64,000 bases of DNA, from NCBI GenBank assembly GCA_950097015.1, contig CATNEN010000015.1, forward strand, positions 310,001 to 374,000, written 5' to 3'. Position 1 is the stretch's first letter. Each line of letters opens with the position of its first letter. The notes under the pieces were generated by a model. It saw nothing but the letters and a program-made list of their open reading frames with translations, had not been told where the DNA came from and ran no database searches. The position numbers and the translations under genes are program-made. Origin of the DNA: Macrostomum hystrix. Lineage: Eukaryota > Animalia > Platyhelminthes. Below, piece after piece: positions 12,101 through 23,399 of this stretch.

Positions 12101-12770
12101 CCAAAGTCTCTCAACCAATTCAACTCACCGCCAGGTGCTCACACTGCCCCTGGCGCTCCTGTCACGCATCGCCTTCTCGCCAGACCTCCCGGCGCCAAAG
12201 CGAGGCCTCATCGACGCCGCGAGCTCGTTCGCCTCAGCTGCTGATTCGTTTTCGATCGTCACCGCGGTGCTGACTTACCCCAGCGCGTTCTGGCGCAGTA
12301 ACGGCTACAGCGGCGAAATCCTGTCTCACCTGGGGAATCCGTTACCTGGCAGCAGCATGCCGGTAGCGCCAATTGCGCTGGCTGGCGAGACGACATCGGC
12401 TGACGGTCGCCAGCCAGCCCTGACGGTGGCCACCGGCTACACAGCCGCGCAGAGTTGGCCCAGCGCTGAAGCACGCAGGGCGGACGTCTTAGCGCACCTG
12501 GCGCGGTTCTTCCCAAAGGCCGAGGTCGACGGCTACGTTGACTACGTCGAGCACGACTGGGGCACCGGCGTCGGAGGTCCCAGCGGGGCGAGCCCCCTGC
12601 CGCCGGGTGTTGCGGCTGCATTCTGCGACACGGCCTCTTTAACGCAGCCGGCTGGTCGGGTGCACTTTGCCGGCGCAGACTTTGCCGCGGAGTGGATCGG
12701 AGCCATGGAGGGGGCCGTGCAGAGCGGCCAGCGCGCCGCCGATGAAGTTCTGCGCAGGCTGAGCGCCTGA
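6118..12770 (+). CDS. Flavin-containing amine oxidase (MAO-like), 4 exons: 6118-6380, 6852-7257, 11893-12030, 12135-12770; ~480 aa
   Basis: GAGLSG Rossmann motif, [12 protein letters not shown], and C-terminal GRVHFAG...[14 protein letters not shown]. All junctions are GT-AG and phase-consistent (total 1443 nt). No C-terminal TM helix. Confidence 0.88.
6400..6700. repeat. 41-bp minisatellite (~7 copies) in MAO intron 1
   Basis: Unit GTTGAACCCCCGCTCCCAATCCTTATGCAGCTCTTGTGTGT seen directly. Confidence 0.95.
7714..11579 (-). mobile_element. Non-LTR retrotransposon (APE-RT-RNase H, I-group / R1-LOA-like) inserted antisense in MAO intron 2
   Basis: The 13-bp TSD TCATCTACCTCTC lies at 7701-7713 and 11580-11592. 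The 3' tail on the minus strand is TAAGTCAAG-TAAGTCAA. Only ~43 bp precede the ORF, so it is 5'-truncated or lacks ORF1. Confidence 0.92.
7832..11536 (-). CDS. LINE ORF2 polyprotein, 1234 aa: APE endonuclease, reverse transcriptase, RNase H, C-terminal CCHC
   Basis: APE motifs LQVNTQH, VQEP, GDVNSHH, SDH; RT motifs KAPGPDG, YRPISL, QGGVLTP, YADD; RNase H motifs YTDGS, NEMLAI, SDSQAAL, WIPGH, MADELAK; [14 protein letters not shown]. Confidence 0.95.
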   Translation of the reverse strand: MMIPGISCLQVNTQHCVAASVNLMRTTERMMPGLVLVQEPWLSKNKPSNIPAGYDCFCMADSVRPRSLIYAAKALNAWMRPDLSNGDICVIQSAHIVPNKLTLVASAYLAGDAPVVSDTLVALCEFARARNFELLLAGDVNSHHTHWGSSKINDRGEELLAFVSGTPLNFCNVGNTPTFDNGRWAEVLDVTLASPGILPRVLGWEVWETESSLSDHRFIRFNIGTPDKKQKPIWRRNVRNTDWPAFSQKLHEGLRDSDPSMAMETTQDLDGVAALLGGAITEAYEMACPLKAYKGKKSAPWWNPELGVLRRRAKALQRKLKTSHDPDDKEAYTRAIHEFKGRVRRAKADKWRQYCEGLEGSRPTARVVKALTNDRFSKLSSIKKPDGSITERPEETLELMLGHFFPSVPAHFGPDDHSRGGQGLAQSLVTNDRIVRAAKSFNPFKAPGPDGIYPAFLHEAVKNGRFLHLLCRLLRACIVLGYVPARWHEARVVFIPKPAKGDYRSVKSYRPISLTSTCLKLMERLVLWRLLTVELGRAPLSPNQHAFRAGRSTESALHCIVETLEKAVLGSGFALAVFLDIEGAFDNVIFEAFEKALVSRATHPHLVRWVMYMIRNRHVVAHLEGRVLSAPVLKGGPQGGVLTPLLWNLVMDELLKSTRPDPVLKVGYADDVTAICAGPSAETTRDLIQGFINRAVRWADQCGLRLSESKTVAVMFTSRLRWTIEPLTLYGKNIALEKQVRCLGILLDHRLNWTPHITTKAKRALAILAQVRRAVGTTWGLTPKNLWWIYTAIIRPSVAYAGLIWASAMSIQKNLEALYRVQGRACRMTLGAPPSTPFEGMNAFLNATPIDIFVKGEAAKSTRRLLDAGVSFQNSRAFSKRSLLPHSDLCLKTLGECGGLTILSDGAPATLLRSHRYKVSIFPRNEVKDCWDDPAVHCYTDGSLMNGKSGFGVCVASGGEVLWTHSQHCGKSSSVFQNEMLAISFCAAELRQRQLAGRRIFFHSDSQAALKALSRCTSRSRTTLDCNNQLNGLAQSNKVELMWIPGHAGLTGNEMADELAKAGAASSLMGPGPESPIPASVVNSSINHWMETQHRRRWSSTLNCRQSRAAVPTPSSNLRKALLRLNRRDLRAVTMALSGHGCFTRHRYLQGHVPEETCPFCCSGRENAEHFICHCPAFTRARLKHLGPAPTLAEACSPENIPQLAHFLRDTGRADFFPAYGEEDRAAEPTDGPP

Positions 12771-13052
12771 GGAGATTCTGAGCGCCTGAGGATATCCTGA
12801 GCGCCTGAGGAGATTCTGAGCGCCTGAGGAGATTCTGAGCGCCTGAGGATATCCTGAGCGCCTGAGGATATCCTGAGCGCCTGAGGATATCCTGAGCGCC
12901 TGAGGAGATCCTGAGCGCCTGAGGATATCCTGAGCGCCTGAGGAGATCCTGAGCGCCTGAGGATATCCTGAGCGCCTGAGGAGATCCTGAGCGCCTGAGG
13001 ATATCCTGAGCGCCTGAGGAGATCCTGAGCGCCTGAGGATATCCTGAGCGCC
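12759..13052. repeat. 19-bp minisatellite (~15 copies) whose first unit contains the MAO last codons and stop
   Basis: Unit CTGAGCGCCTGAGGA(G/T)AT(T/C); CTG AGC GCC TGA encodes L-S-A-stop. Confidence 0.95.
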
Positions 13053-14123
13053 AGATAGATGTACTCAATGCACATAACTTTTTGTACGAAGCGGAATGTA
13101 ATTATTCCAATAAATTCGTCAACTTAGAGCTGCATGCACAGAGCTCGTATTAATTCCAATGTCACGCAATGTGTCCAGTAAATAGTTTTTGTAACTGAGA
13201 TCTGAAAATCAATGCCCTTTGAATACTTTCCGTAGAGGTCAGGCGCACATTGCCAACACACGGATACGCATACTCGCACTGGTACAGAACACTTTTTAAT
13301 TGTCAGTTAGTTTATGGTGCCATTGTGCCTATAAATTGTGTCGTGGATATAAATTGTACCAGTCCCAAGACTTTTCTCGGCAGCTGCGTCTCAAATGAAT
13401 GTAGCCTTGCTGAGGATTCGCGTTCGGGTACTTTAGTGCGAGATTCAGGTGCAAGATTAAGAGAAACAATTGTACCGTGGACAGTCTTGTCTACTTCTGC
13501 CGGTGCACAATTCATAGAGTTGCTTAATCACGGGGGCATTTCAAATACCCACATTTTCTCTTTTCAGTAACTAACAAAAAAGTTAATATAGATGACATAT
13601 ACACCGCTCTATTAGACGACACAACTTCCAGAATCACAAAACATCGTTATCGTCAGGATATTCAAAGATTTTCGTCCGGGTGTCTGGTGGAAAAAACTAC
13701 CAATAAATGGAGCATTTTTCTGCTATCATTTTTCGGATTGTTTAAATTGTCATATTATATTATTTTTTAACCACATCGATTCGCCATGGAAGTTTATGCA
13801 GAGCAATGTTAGTTGTCCTTGAATCGCTGAATATCTTGACGATTCTGACTCGGACAGCCTTGAAAGTTTGTTTATCGTAAAGGGCGAAAAATTTAATCCA
13901 GATGGTGACTTTCACGAAGATCGGTCATTCGGTTTGGGAGCTATTGTGAAGTAGGCAGTGGGTATTTGAAATATCACCATGGTCTTTCTCCAGGGGAAAA
14001 TAGCGTTGCCTTTCTACTATTAAATATTTGTCTTTATAAAGTGCATTAAAAAGCAAAGCTTTTTGCGTCATTTCGCAATTTTCGAATCTTATTTTCTGAG
14101 ATTCTTGTGAGATCCTGGCGACT

Positions 14124-15397
14124 TTATACAGCGTCATCGACTGGCGCAGCGGCGGAGACAGCCGTGCTCTGCAGCTGAGAGGCGCGAGAGATGCCCGGAA
14201 CCCGGCTGGACATCTTGGAACTGTAGTTGGCCGAGTAGCGGCTGCGACGGCTCCGGCCGGAGCGACAGAGCAAAGCGTCAATGAGCTCGCCTCGAAACTT
14301 CTCCCCGCTGAGAACATACATGAAGAAGTTCATGGTGTGGTTGGAATACACCAGCACGTCAGTGGCGGCGAAGGCCAATTCCTGCCAGGCAGGGAACGGA
14401 CTGAACTTGGGCCAGTAGGGAGCCGAGATGTACATCGACATGCTTGGTGTGATTAGAAGGACGTACATCAGTGTCACGAGCAACATCATGCGGGTCATGC
14501 TGGAGTTTGTGTCGTCAGACGGCTGCCTCTGCTTCGGCTGCTGCTTCTGCTGCTGCTGCTGCGATTGTGGTTGCGACTGCGACTGCCTCTGCGTGCCCTC
14601 CTGCATGGCTCGCCGACGCTCGCCGGAGATCAGCAGCTGGCGAACAATCAGGGCGTTGCTCACCGCGATCACCAGCAGCGGCCCGAAGAAGTAGGTGCTG
14701 AAGCCGAGCCACGAGCGCACGTAGTTCTCATAGAAGTCGAACTGCACCAGCTGGCCGCACTTGGCGGTCATGACGGACTCGAGAGCGACCGTGTCGTTAT
14801 ACGATGCAACTGGACGCAGCTCCCAGCGCTCGCCCCGACTCCACAGAGAGCTGAGGTTTTTGCCGATGCCCAGCAGCGTGATGCCTGCACAGACCTTTAA
14901 GGCTCGCGACTTGCTGCACCTTGAAGAATGTGGGTGAATGTGCCTTTGGATCGCTTCTGCTATTGAGTTATGAAGATACTCATCGACTAAGCAAATAACC
15001 CTCACCAACTGCCCGCCCGCAACGGCAGCTTGACAATGACGAGTCGATCCACCGTGAGCATGGTGAGGCACCAGATGGCCAGATCTCCGCAGCCAAACAG
15101 CAGGAAGCGGTGCAGCTTGCAAGTGAAGTCGCTCAGCTCTTCAAAGGCGGCCGCTCCCGGAGCCCACTGCTGTACCACTCGAGGTCCGAGACCGACGGTT
15201 GTCGTGGAAATGTCTGTCAAGGCGATGTAGCGCAGGTAGACGCTGACGCTGTTGTCTCTCATAGCGGGTCGGGACATGACCAGGAAGGAGAGGCTGTTGC
15301 CGAGCCAGCAGAGGCTGAGCAGCACGATGGGCGGATATTTCCACAGGACGCTAGCCACTTCACGAAGAGTAGCCTCATGTTCCGTCAGCATATCCAT
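14124..15397 (-). CDS. Rhodopsin-class (peptide-receptor-like, FMRFamide/Srw-type) GPCR, 2 coding exons: 15397-15006, 14919-14124; ~395 aa
   Basis: Seven hydrophobic segments with TM1 GNSLSF, TM2 IALTD, TM3 C..VDRL, TM6 LLITP and TM7 SNHTMNFFMY. The 86-bp GT-AG intron is phase 2. ICL3 has a Q-rich tract. Confidence 0.88.
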
Positions 15398-15875
15398 CTA
15401 AACTTATAAAAAATGATTTTTGCGTTGGGACTTCTTTAAAATAACTCAACAATATATTTCTTTTGCGCTTCTGCCCCTTCTGATGGTACTTAATATAGGG
15501 AATTGATATTTTTACCTGTCTGGTGGAAAAAGGTTTCGTTTCTTCGACTGTTTGGTTGATCGCTTAGAGTTTCAGCGGCAGACAAACAAAGAGAAGTCAG
15601 AAGCAGCGATCACCATGGTGACAGCGTCCGCCTCTGCTAAATTCAAACAGTCGAGTAACCCGAGACGGATTGCCCTTCTCGGCCTGCGACGTGTCTAGCG
15701 AAAGCCTTCGTCTCCGCGAAACTATTTGCACTCCACAGTCAACAAGGAATCCGGGATGCTAAGCAGCGGATCGCGAAAACTTACCTGGCGTGGATTGCAG
15801 CTGCAGCTGTTGCAAGTTCGTCTCCAATTGGAATTCAGCGAACAATTCAGGTGGGCATGTCGGCGGCTCGCGCTG

Positions 15876-15884
15876 TTTTTATAG
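15876..15884 (-). promoter_or_regulatory. Candidate TATA box (CTATAAAAA) for the GPCR
   Basis: Minus-strand CTATAAAAA with a strong CAG|GTAAG donor ~90 bp downstream (~15784), suggesting a non-coding first exon. Confidence 0.4.
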
Positions 15885-16902
15885 CTCAGAAGTCAGCTGA
15901 AACTTTGCACCTTTGACCTTGCTCGATCCGCTTCATCAAATAATCTTCCTGACTTCAAAGCTCCTCCGGGTTTTCCATGCAAAATAATCCCGAGCTGATT
16001 GTAAGACTTTTTTTCAAGACTTTCTTGAAAGAATAAAACGGTTTTAGAATCGATTTTGGCTCAGGTTCTGTGTCCGTCGCTGGGCGTTGCACGGCAGCCT
16101 TCAAGGGTCCCTGTAGATGATTCAGATTGTCAGGGGTATCCCATTATTGATATACTCAAATCACGGGATTCAGGGCGCTTTGTTCTCGGCCCCGTAAAAC
16201 TGCAGCAATGCAGTTTGAGGGGAGAGAATTAAAATGGAGCGATCGATGAATAATTCCATTTGAATCCGTGAAACTCCATGGCCTCATTGATCCCAAGACC
16301 CCACTGATAAATTGGCCCCGCCCATCCTACCTGCTTGTGGCACCCGAACCATGGGTAACAACAGAAGTCTTCGAGGTAGGAAGTAGCGACAATGAACTAA
16401 TTTATTGTCATAACCATATGCGACGACGCGAAAGCATAAAATAGTCCAGTTTTCGAGTCCTTTCTTAGCAGCCGTGAGTTGTCGCATTGTGAAACTCGAA
16501 ATGGGGTACTTTACCCGGTGTGAGGGGGTGGCGAACTGGCTAATAGTAGCAAAACCAGAGCTGGATAGAGAATTCTGAGAGACTCGGAGGTTTCACCGGT
16601 GCATTCTTCTGGTCGAGTGTACGCCAACCCGCGGTCCCACCTCGCTGCGCAATGGCCTTAGCAAACAAGCTCGCAAATAGGCATGTGAGCACACACGTAC
16701 ACTGCTCAACGCTCATTCTGCATTCGGTGTCAATTGCCGAGGTGGACCCACAATGCCGAGCGCAGGTCCATTCCTTACCAAATTAGCTAAGCATATTTAT
16801 TGGTGTTTGTTGGGTCCGTCACAGCAGCCACTGCTCAAGGAGCCTCCGCGGAATCCGCTGTGCAATCTCTGCCTCAATCTCCGCAATCATCGACCGGAAG
16901 CC

Positions 16903-19900
16903 ATGGGCCAGTCCAAGAGTCGTCATCGGCTGCAGTCTGTGCAAAAGGAGCTAAACTGTGAGGGTTTAGACCAGAACTGTCTGAGCTGTGGCTGTCTCTA
17001 TAACTGATTCTAAGATAGTGGAAAAGCATTTCTCACAACTCATAAGATCATGAAAAAATTGACCCACATCTCTGAAGATCTTGGAGGCATTGACCCACAT
17101 CTCTGAGGATCTTTGAAGCATTGACCCACATCTCTGAGGATCTCGGAGGCATTGACCCACATCTCTGAGGATCTTTGAAGCATTGAACCACATCTCTGAG
17201 GATCTCGGAGGTATTGACCCACATCTCTGAGGATCTTTGAAGCATTGACTCACATCTCTGAGGACCTTGGAGGCATTGACCCACATCTCTGAGGACCTTG
17301 GAGGCATTGACCCACATCTCTGAGGACCTTGGAGGCATTGACCCACATCTCTGAGGACCTTGGAGGCATTGACCCACATCTCTGAGGACCTTGGAGGCAT
17401 TGACCCATATCTCTGAGGATCTTTGAAGCATTGACCCACATCTCTGAGGATCTTTGAAGCATTGACTCACATCTCTGAGGATCTTGGAAGCATTGACCCA
17501 TATCTCTGAGGATCTCGGAAGCATTGACCCACATCTCTGAGGATCTTTGAAGCATTGACCCACATCTCTGAGGATCTCAGAAGCATTGACTCACATCTCT
17601 GAGGATCTCAGAAGCATTGACTCACATCTCTGAGGACCTTGGAGGCATTGACCCACATCTCTGAGGATCTTTGAAGCATTGACCCACATCTCTGAGGATC
17701 TCAAAAGTATTGACCCACATCTCTGAGGATCTTTGAAGCATTGACCCACATCTCTGAGGATCTCAAAAGTATTGACCCACATCTCTGAGGATCTCGGAAG
17801 CATTGACCCACATCTCTGAGGATCTCGGAAGCATTGACCCACATCTCTGAGGATATTAAAAGCATTGACCCACATCTCTGAGGATCTTGGAAGCATTGAC
17901 CCACATCTCTGAGGATCTTTGAAGCATTGGCCCACATCTCTGAGGATCTCAAAAGTATTGACCCACATCTCTGAGGATCTCGGAAGCATTGACCCACATC
18001 TCTGAGGATCTCGGAAGCATTGACCCACATCTCTGAGGATCTCGGAGGCATTGACCCACATCTCTGAGGATCTTTGAAGCATTGACCCACATCTCTGAGG
18101 ATCTCGGAGGCATTGACCCACATCTCTGAGGATCTTTGAAGCATTGACCCACATCTCTGAGGATCTTTGAAGCATTGGCCCACATCTCTGAGGATCTTTG
18201 AAGCATTGACCCACATCTCTGAGGATCTCGGAGGTATTGACCCACATCTCTGAGGATCTTTGAAGCATTGACCCACATCTCTGAGGATCTTTGAAGCATT
18301 GGCCCACATCTCTGAGGATCTTTGAAGCATTGACCCACATCTCTGAGGATCTCGGAGGTATTGACCCACATCTCTGAGGATCTTTGAAGCATTGACCCAC
18401 ATCTCTGAGGATCTCGGAGGCATTGACCCACATCTCTGAGGATCTCGGAGGCATTGACCCACATCTCTGAGGATCTCGGAGGCATTGACCCACATCTCTG
18501 AGGATCTTTGAAGCATTGACCCACATCTCTGAGGATCTTTGAAGCATTGACCCACATCTCTGAGGATCTCGGAGGCATTGACCCACATCTCTGAGGATCT
18601 TTGAAGCATTGACCCACATCTCTGAGGATCTCAAAAGTATTGACCCACATCTCTGAGGATCTTTGAAGCATTGACCCACATCTCTGAGGATCTCAAAAGT
18701 ATTGACCCACATCTCTGAGGATCTCGGAAGCATTGACCCACATCTCTGAGGATCTCGGAAGCATTGACCCACATCTCTGAGGATATTAAAAGCATTCACC
18801 CACATCTCTGAGGATCTTGGAAGCATTGACCCACATCTCTGAGGATCTTTGAAGCATTGGCCCACATCTCTGAGGATCTCAAAAGTATTGACCCACATCT
18901 CTGAGGATCTCGGAAGCATTGACCCACATCTCTGAGGATCTCGGAAGCATTGACCCACATCTCTGAGGATCTCGGAGGCATTGACCCACATCTCTGAGGA
19001 TCTTTGAAGCATTGACCCACATCTCTGAGGATCTCGGAGGCATTGACCCACATCTCTGAGGATCTTTGAAGCATTGACCCACATCTCTGAGGATCTTTGA
19101 AGCATTGGCCCACATCTCTGAGGATCTTTGAAGCATTGACCCACATCTCTGAGGATCTCGGAGGTATTGACCCACATCTCTGAGGATCTTTGAAGCATTG
19201 ACCCACATCTCTGAGGATCTTTGAAGCATTGGCCCACATCTCTGAGGATCTTTGAAGCATTGACCCACATCTCTGAGGATCTCGGAGGTATTGACCCACA
19301 TCTCTGAGGATCTTTGAAGCATTGACCCACATCTCTGAGGATCTCGGAGGCATTGACCCACATCTCTGAGGATCTTTGAAGCATTGACCCACATCTCTGA
19401 GGATCTTTGAAGCATTGACCCACATCTCTGAGGATCTCGGAGGCATTGACCCACATCTCTGAGGATCTCGGAGGCATTGACCCACATCTCTGAGGATCTC
19501 GGAGGCATTGACCCACATCTCTGAGGATCTTTGAAGCATTGACCCACATCTCTGAGGATCTTTGAAGCATTGACCCACATCTCTGAGGATCTTTGAAGCA
19601 TTAACCCACATCTCTGAGGATCTCGGAGGCATTGACCCACATCTCTGAGGATCTTTGAAGCATTAACCCACATCTCTGAGGATCTCGGAGGCATTGACCC
19701 ACATCTCTGAGGATCTTTGAAGCATTGACCCACATCTCCAACTGCAGTGACCGGCAGCGAAGCTGGTAGCATGCTGAAACGTTTCTTCCAGCTCACCAAC
19801 AATCGGAACAGCATAACGCGCTTGCAGTTTCATGAGACCATCAAGGACTCACTGCATGGACAGCCATTGTGAGTTAAAGGCGTGACATTTTTAGTTGCAT

Positions 19901-20868
19901 TTTTGACTCAAAAATTACGATTTTGGCAAAAGTTCCACTCAGTCTACTCGCAGTAGGCTGCAGGCATATTTCTTTATTGTTTATTTGATAACTCGATCGC
20001 TAAGTCGCTAACCAAATTGCAGCGACAAGGAAATGTGGGACACAGTATTTGACATGCTCGACCTGAACAAGGACGGCAACATCGATTTCTATGAGTTCTC
20101 TATTTCAATGGTCTACAGCTCAAAGCTGCCGCTAGACAAGAAAATTGACTGTGAGTTGCGATCTGCTGTAACAAATCTGACGGTAACAAATTACCATCTG
20201 AATGAGCTGGTAGAGTAGCTGTCTACCATCTGAATGAGCTGGTAGAGTAGCTGTCTACCATCTGAATGAGCTGGTAGAGTAGCTGTCTACCATCTGAATG
20301 AGCTGGTAGAGTAGCTGTCTACCATCTGAATGAGCTGGTAGAGTAGCTGTCTACCATCTGAATGAGCTGGTAGAGTAGCTGTCTACCATCTGAATGAGCT
20401 GGTAGAGTAGCTGTCTACCATCTGAATGAGCTGGTAGAGTAGCTGTCTACCATCTGAATGAGTTTTCATCTGGACCGCCGGCAACTCGCAGACTTGTTTC
20501 AGATGATGGACTTCAACGGTGACGGAAGAGTCAGTGTGGACGAGATGAACCGCGCCATCAAGACCGCCAGCCGGATCGCCAACAATGCTGAGCGAGTCTG
20601 GGACCTCGAGGAGTACTTTCCGACTTTGGTGAGGCTACACTGCGAGCCCCTGTTAGACAGGAGATGGGACTGTTAGACAGGAGATGGGACTGTTAGACAG
20701 GAGATGGGACTGTTAGACAGGAGATGGGACTGTTAGACAGCAGCTAAGATGTGTGTCGCCAACGTGTTACAGGTTCGCAAGGACACTCTCACAGAGCAGG
20801 AGTTCCGGGAGGCGCTCTCCACGCGGAAGGGCCAGGAGCTGATGAACTGCCTGAACTTTGACGTCTGA
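16903..20868 (+). CDS. N-myristoylated EF-hand calcium-binding protein (NCS / calcineurin-B-like), 5 exons: 16903-16957, 19748-19868, 20023-20150, 20492-20628, 20773-20868; 178 aa
   Basis: MGQSKS myristoylation motif; two canonical EF loops DLNKDGNIDFYE and DFNGDGRVSVDE; phase-consistent GT-AG junctions totalling 537 nt. Confidence 0.85.
17059..19738. repeat. 31-bp minisatellite (~86 copies) filling intron 1 of the EF-hand gene
   Basis: Unit GACCCACATCTCTGAGGATCT(TT/CG)GA(A/G)GCATT; ends ~9 nt before the acceptor AG. Confidence 0.97.
20193..20461. repeat. 32-bp minisatellite (~8 copies) in EF-hand intron 3
   Basis: Unit CTACCATCTGAATGAGCTGGTAGAGTAGCTGT. Confidence 0.95.
20650..20740. repeat. 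20-bp minisatellite (~4.5 copies) in EF-hand intron 4
   Basis: Unit TGTTAGACAGGAGATGGGAC. Confidence 0.95.
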
Positions 20869-21162
20869 CTGGCGAAGTGTCTCGCGAGCGGATAGTTCCA
20901 ACATTTCAGACATTTATTGCACCGCAAATGGAAGCTTTGTTTATACAGCTGCACTTTTAAAAAATTCACAATTCAAAATTCACCGACAAAGTCAATTGAG
21001 CGGATGTTCATATGAACAAACAAGTATTTTGATTCTGCTCTCTTTAGGACAAATTGTCACTGTCAGTCTTGTAACTGCCGGTTATTAACTGCACAAATGC
21101 GTGGAGTTCTTGGATATTTCTTTTGCTCAGCTGCTTAACCGGCTGTCTAACTTGGGCGACTT

Positions 21163-21799
21163 GTGAGAGCGGTAGAAGGGCTAAGGTGAGAGCGGTAGAA
21201 GGGCTAAGGTGAGAGCGGTAGAAGGGTTAGGGTGAGAGCGGTAGAAGGGTTAGGGTGAGAGCGGTAGAAGGGTTAGGGTGAGAGCGGTAGAAGGGTTAGG
21301 GTGAGAGCGGTAGAAGGGTTAGGGTGAGAGCGGTAGAAGGGTTAGGGTGAGAGCGGTAGAAGGGTTAGGGTGAGAGCGGTAGAAGGGTTAGGGTGAGAGC
21401 GGTAGAAGGGTTAGGGTGAGAGCGGTAGAAGGGTTAGGGTGAGAGCGGTAGAAGGGTTAGGGTGAGAGCGGTAGAAGGGTTAGGGTGAGAGCGGTAGAAG
21501 GGTTAGGGTGAGAGCGGTAGAAGGGTTAGGGTGAGAGCGGTAGAAGGGTTAGGGTGAGAGCGGTAGAAGGGTTAGGGTGAGAGCGGTAGAAGGGTTAGGG
21601 TGAGAGCGGTAGAAGGGTTAGGGTGAGAGCGGTAGAAGGGTTAGGGTGAGAGCGGTAGAAGGGTTAGGGTGAGAGCGGTAGAAGGGTTAGGGTGAGAGCG
21701 GTAGAAGGGTTAGGGTGAGAGCGGTAGAAGGGTTAGGGTGAGAGCGGTAGAAGGGTTAGGGTGAGAGCGGTAGAAGGGTTAGGGTGAGAGCGGTAGAAG
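21163..21799. repeat. 23-bp G-rich minisatellite (~28 copies) containing GGGTTAGGG
   Basis: Unit GTGAGAGCGGTAGAAGGGTTAGG. Confidence 0.97.
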
Positions 21800-22793
21800 T
21801 GATTTTCTAAGCCTCACACGAGTGCTTTTTTGTCCGCCAAAAGCGAATCAACAAAAGCGAAGCAAGGCAGAGACATTTTCAGCTGGTATTTTGCAAGGCC
21901 TGCAGGCCTATCCGACAGAGAAGCACACAGAAATCGTGAAGTGACGAAGTGAAGACATGCGGCTTGGACAATGCGACAGACAGCGCAGTAGGTCATTAGC
22001 GCCATCCGTCCCGTTGCGAGGCATTTGTCAGTTGTCAACGCATTTGTGTTCAGTTCGAGTCTCCGCTCTGCATGTTTTGTTTATTTTCAGAGGGTCCTGC
22101 AGGCTCCGGCTGGCCTGTGTAGCATTCGACAATGTTACTGCTTATTATTAAATAGGGAAATTTCTTTTCTAAAATCCCTTGATAATTTTCTCTCTTGATG
22201 TCTGGGGGATAATGAAATCCGACAGTTGTACATGAATAATCTCCAGGTGACGCCCAGGTATTCGCCCTGAACAAAACCTGCACTTTTGCCTGATCCCAAA
22301 TCGCGATTTCGTGGCCAATTGTGCTGTGTAGTTCATTCATGATTTTTTTAGTTCAGCAGCAGCAGCAGCAGCCACTTCAATCCGCCTCGAGTGCGGTGTG
22401 GCATTTCCTGCCCGATCAGATGACGATGGCGTCTTGGATTCGGCACGCGAGCTGAATGGGATTTCGCACTGGAAAGGAATGAAAAGTTCTAATACTTTTC
22501 TGTCTGTCTTGTCTGAAACTTCAAGATTTTACATTTTTCTTTTTCTGTGTCTAACAAAGTATTCAACCAATCGCCATGAAATCAGAACATGGGCAAACTT
22601 TTTCCGCTCTACTCGTATCCGATGAAACAACTTCCGGGATCACAAAATACCAAGCTTCGTCGAGATATTCGAAGACTCTCGTCGGGGTGTCTGGTGGCAA
22701 AAGCCACAGAATTCTGCTGACAGCTATTATTGCTGATTAATATTGCATTGGTTTCTTGGTTATTTATTACGAGTACAATTTAGAACCCATTAA

Positions 22794-23399
22794 CAGTAGG
22801 ACTACCAAGCCATTTTGCCACCCGTTTTAATACCAAGGGGGGGGGAATTCCCCCCCCCCCTGAGAACATTTTTTGGCAGCGCCTGAAAGCTAACCGCGTA
22901 GGGTGGTGACTGATTGGTTGACAGACTAGGCGATGGTGTACTGTGGTTGAGCTGCGCCTAATATTTAGGCTTCAGCAGTGAAATTTTAGAAATCGCGTCA
23001 GGGTGTCCATGCAGAGTGGCCTATTACCACATTTTTTGCATTTGAAGGTCCCGCAGTCCGTCTAGATAAAGGTAGGTGACCACCAAAGACGGAGATGATG
23101 CAAGCACATTCGGGTGACATGCTGATGAAGTTTGAAGGTCTGGAAAGGCCGCACTGAGGCGCAGTGCAAATTCGTGTATAGGGGTGTATGAAATACACTC
23201 GCTCATTTGGGAAAAATCGGACCCAGAAACATTGAATATCTCGACGGTCTGAAGAGCTGGCGACTTGTTTCTTGTTTCAGAAGATGCGCAACAAAAAGTT
23301 GGCCCGTGTTCTTGAGTTTCGTGTGCTTGCATTGTTCCGTTCGGGTGCAGCAAAATAAATTGTCAGGGGGGATTTCCCCCCCCCTTGGTAGTTCTACTG
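22794..23399. mobile_element. MITE-like element, ~606 bp, CAGTAG...CTACTG termini flanked by TTAA
   Basis: Left TTAA|CAGTAGGACTACCAAG...GnAATTCn. Right GnATTTCn-CTTGGTAGTTCTACTG|TTAA, an imperfect inverted copy. Confidence 0.65.

Noticed and set aside
16966-19814. Long ORFs (up to 659 aa) over the 31-bp array, and similar ORFs over the arrays at 12.3-13.1, 27.4-28.4, 53.8-54.7, 56.0-56.6, 60.4-61.5 and 62.0-64.0 kb
   Set aside because: These are translations of tandem repeats that lack stops by chance. They lie in introns or UTRs of well-supported genes, often antisense, and appear in several frames at once.
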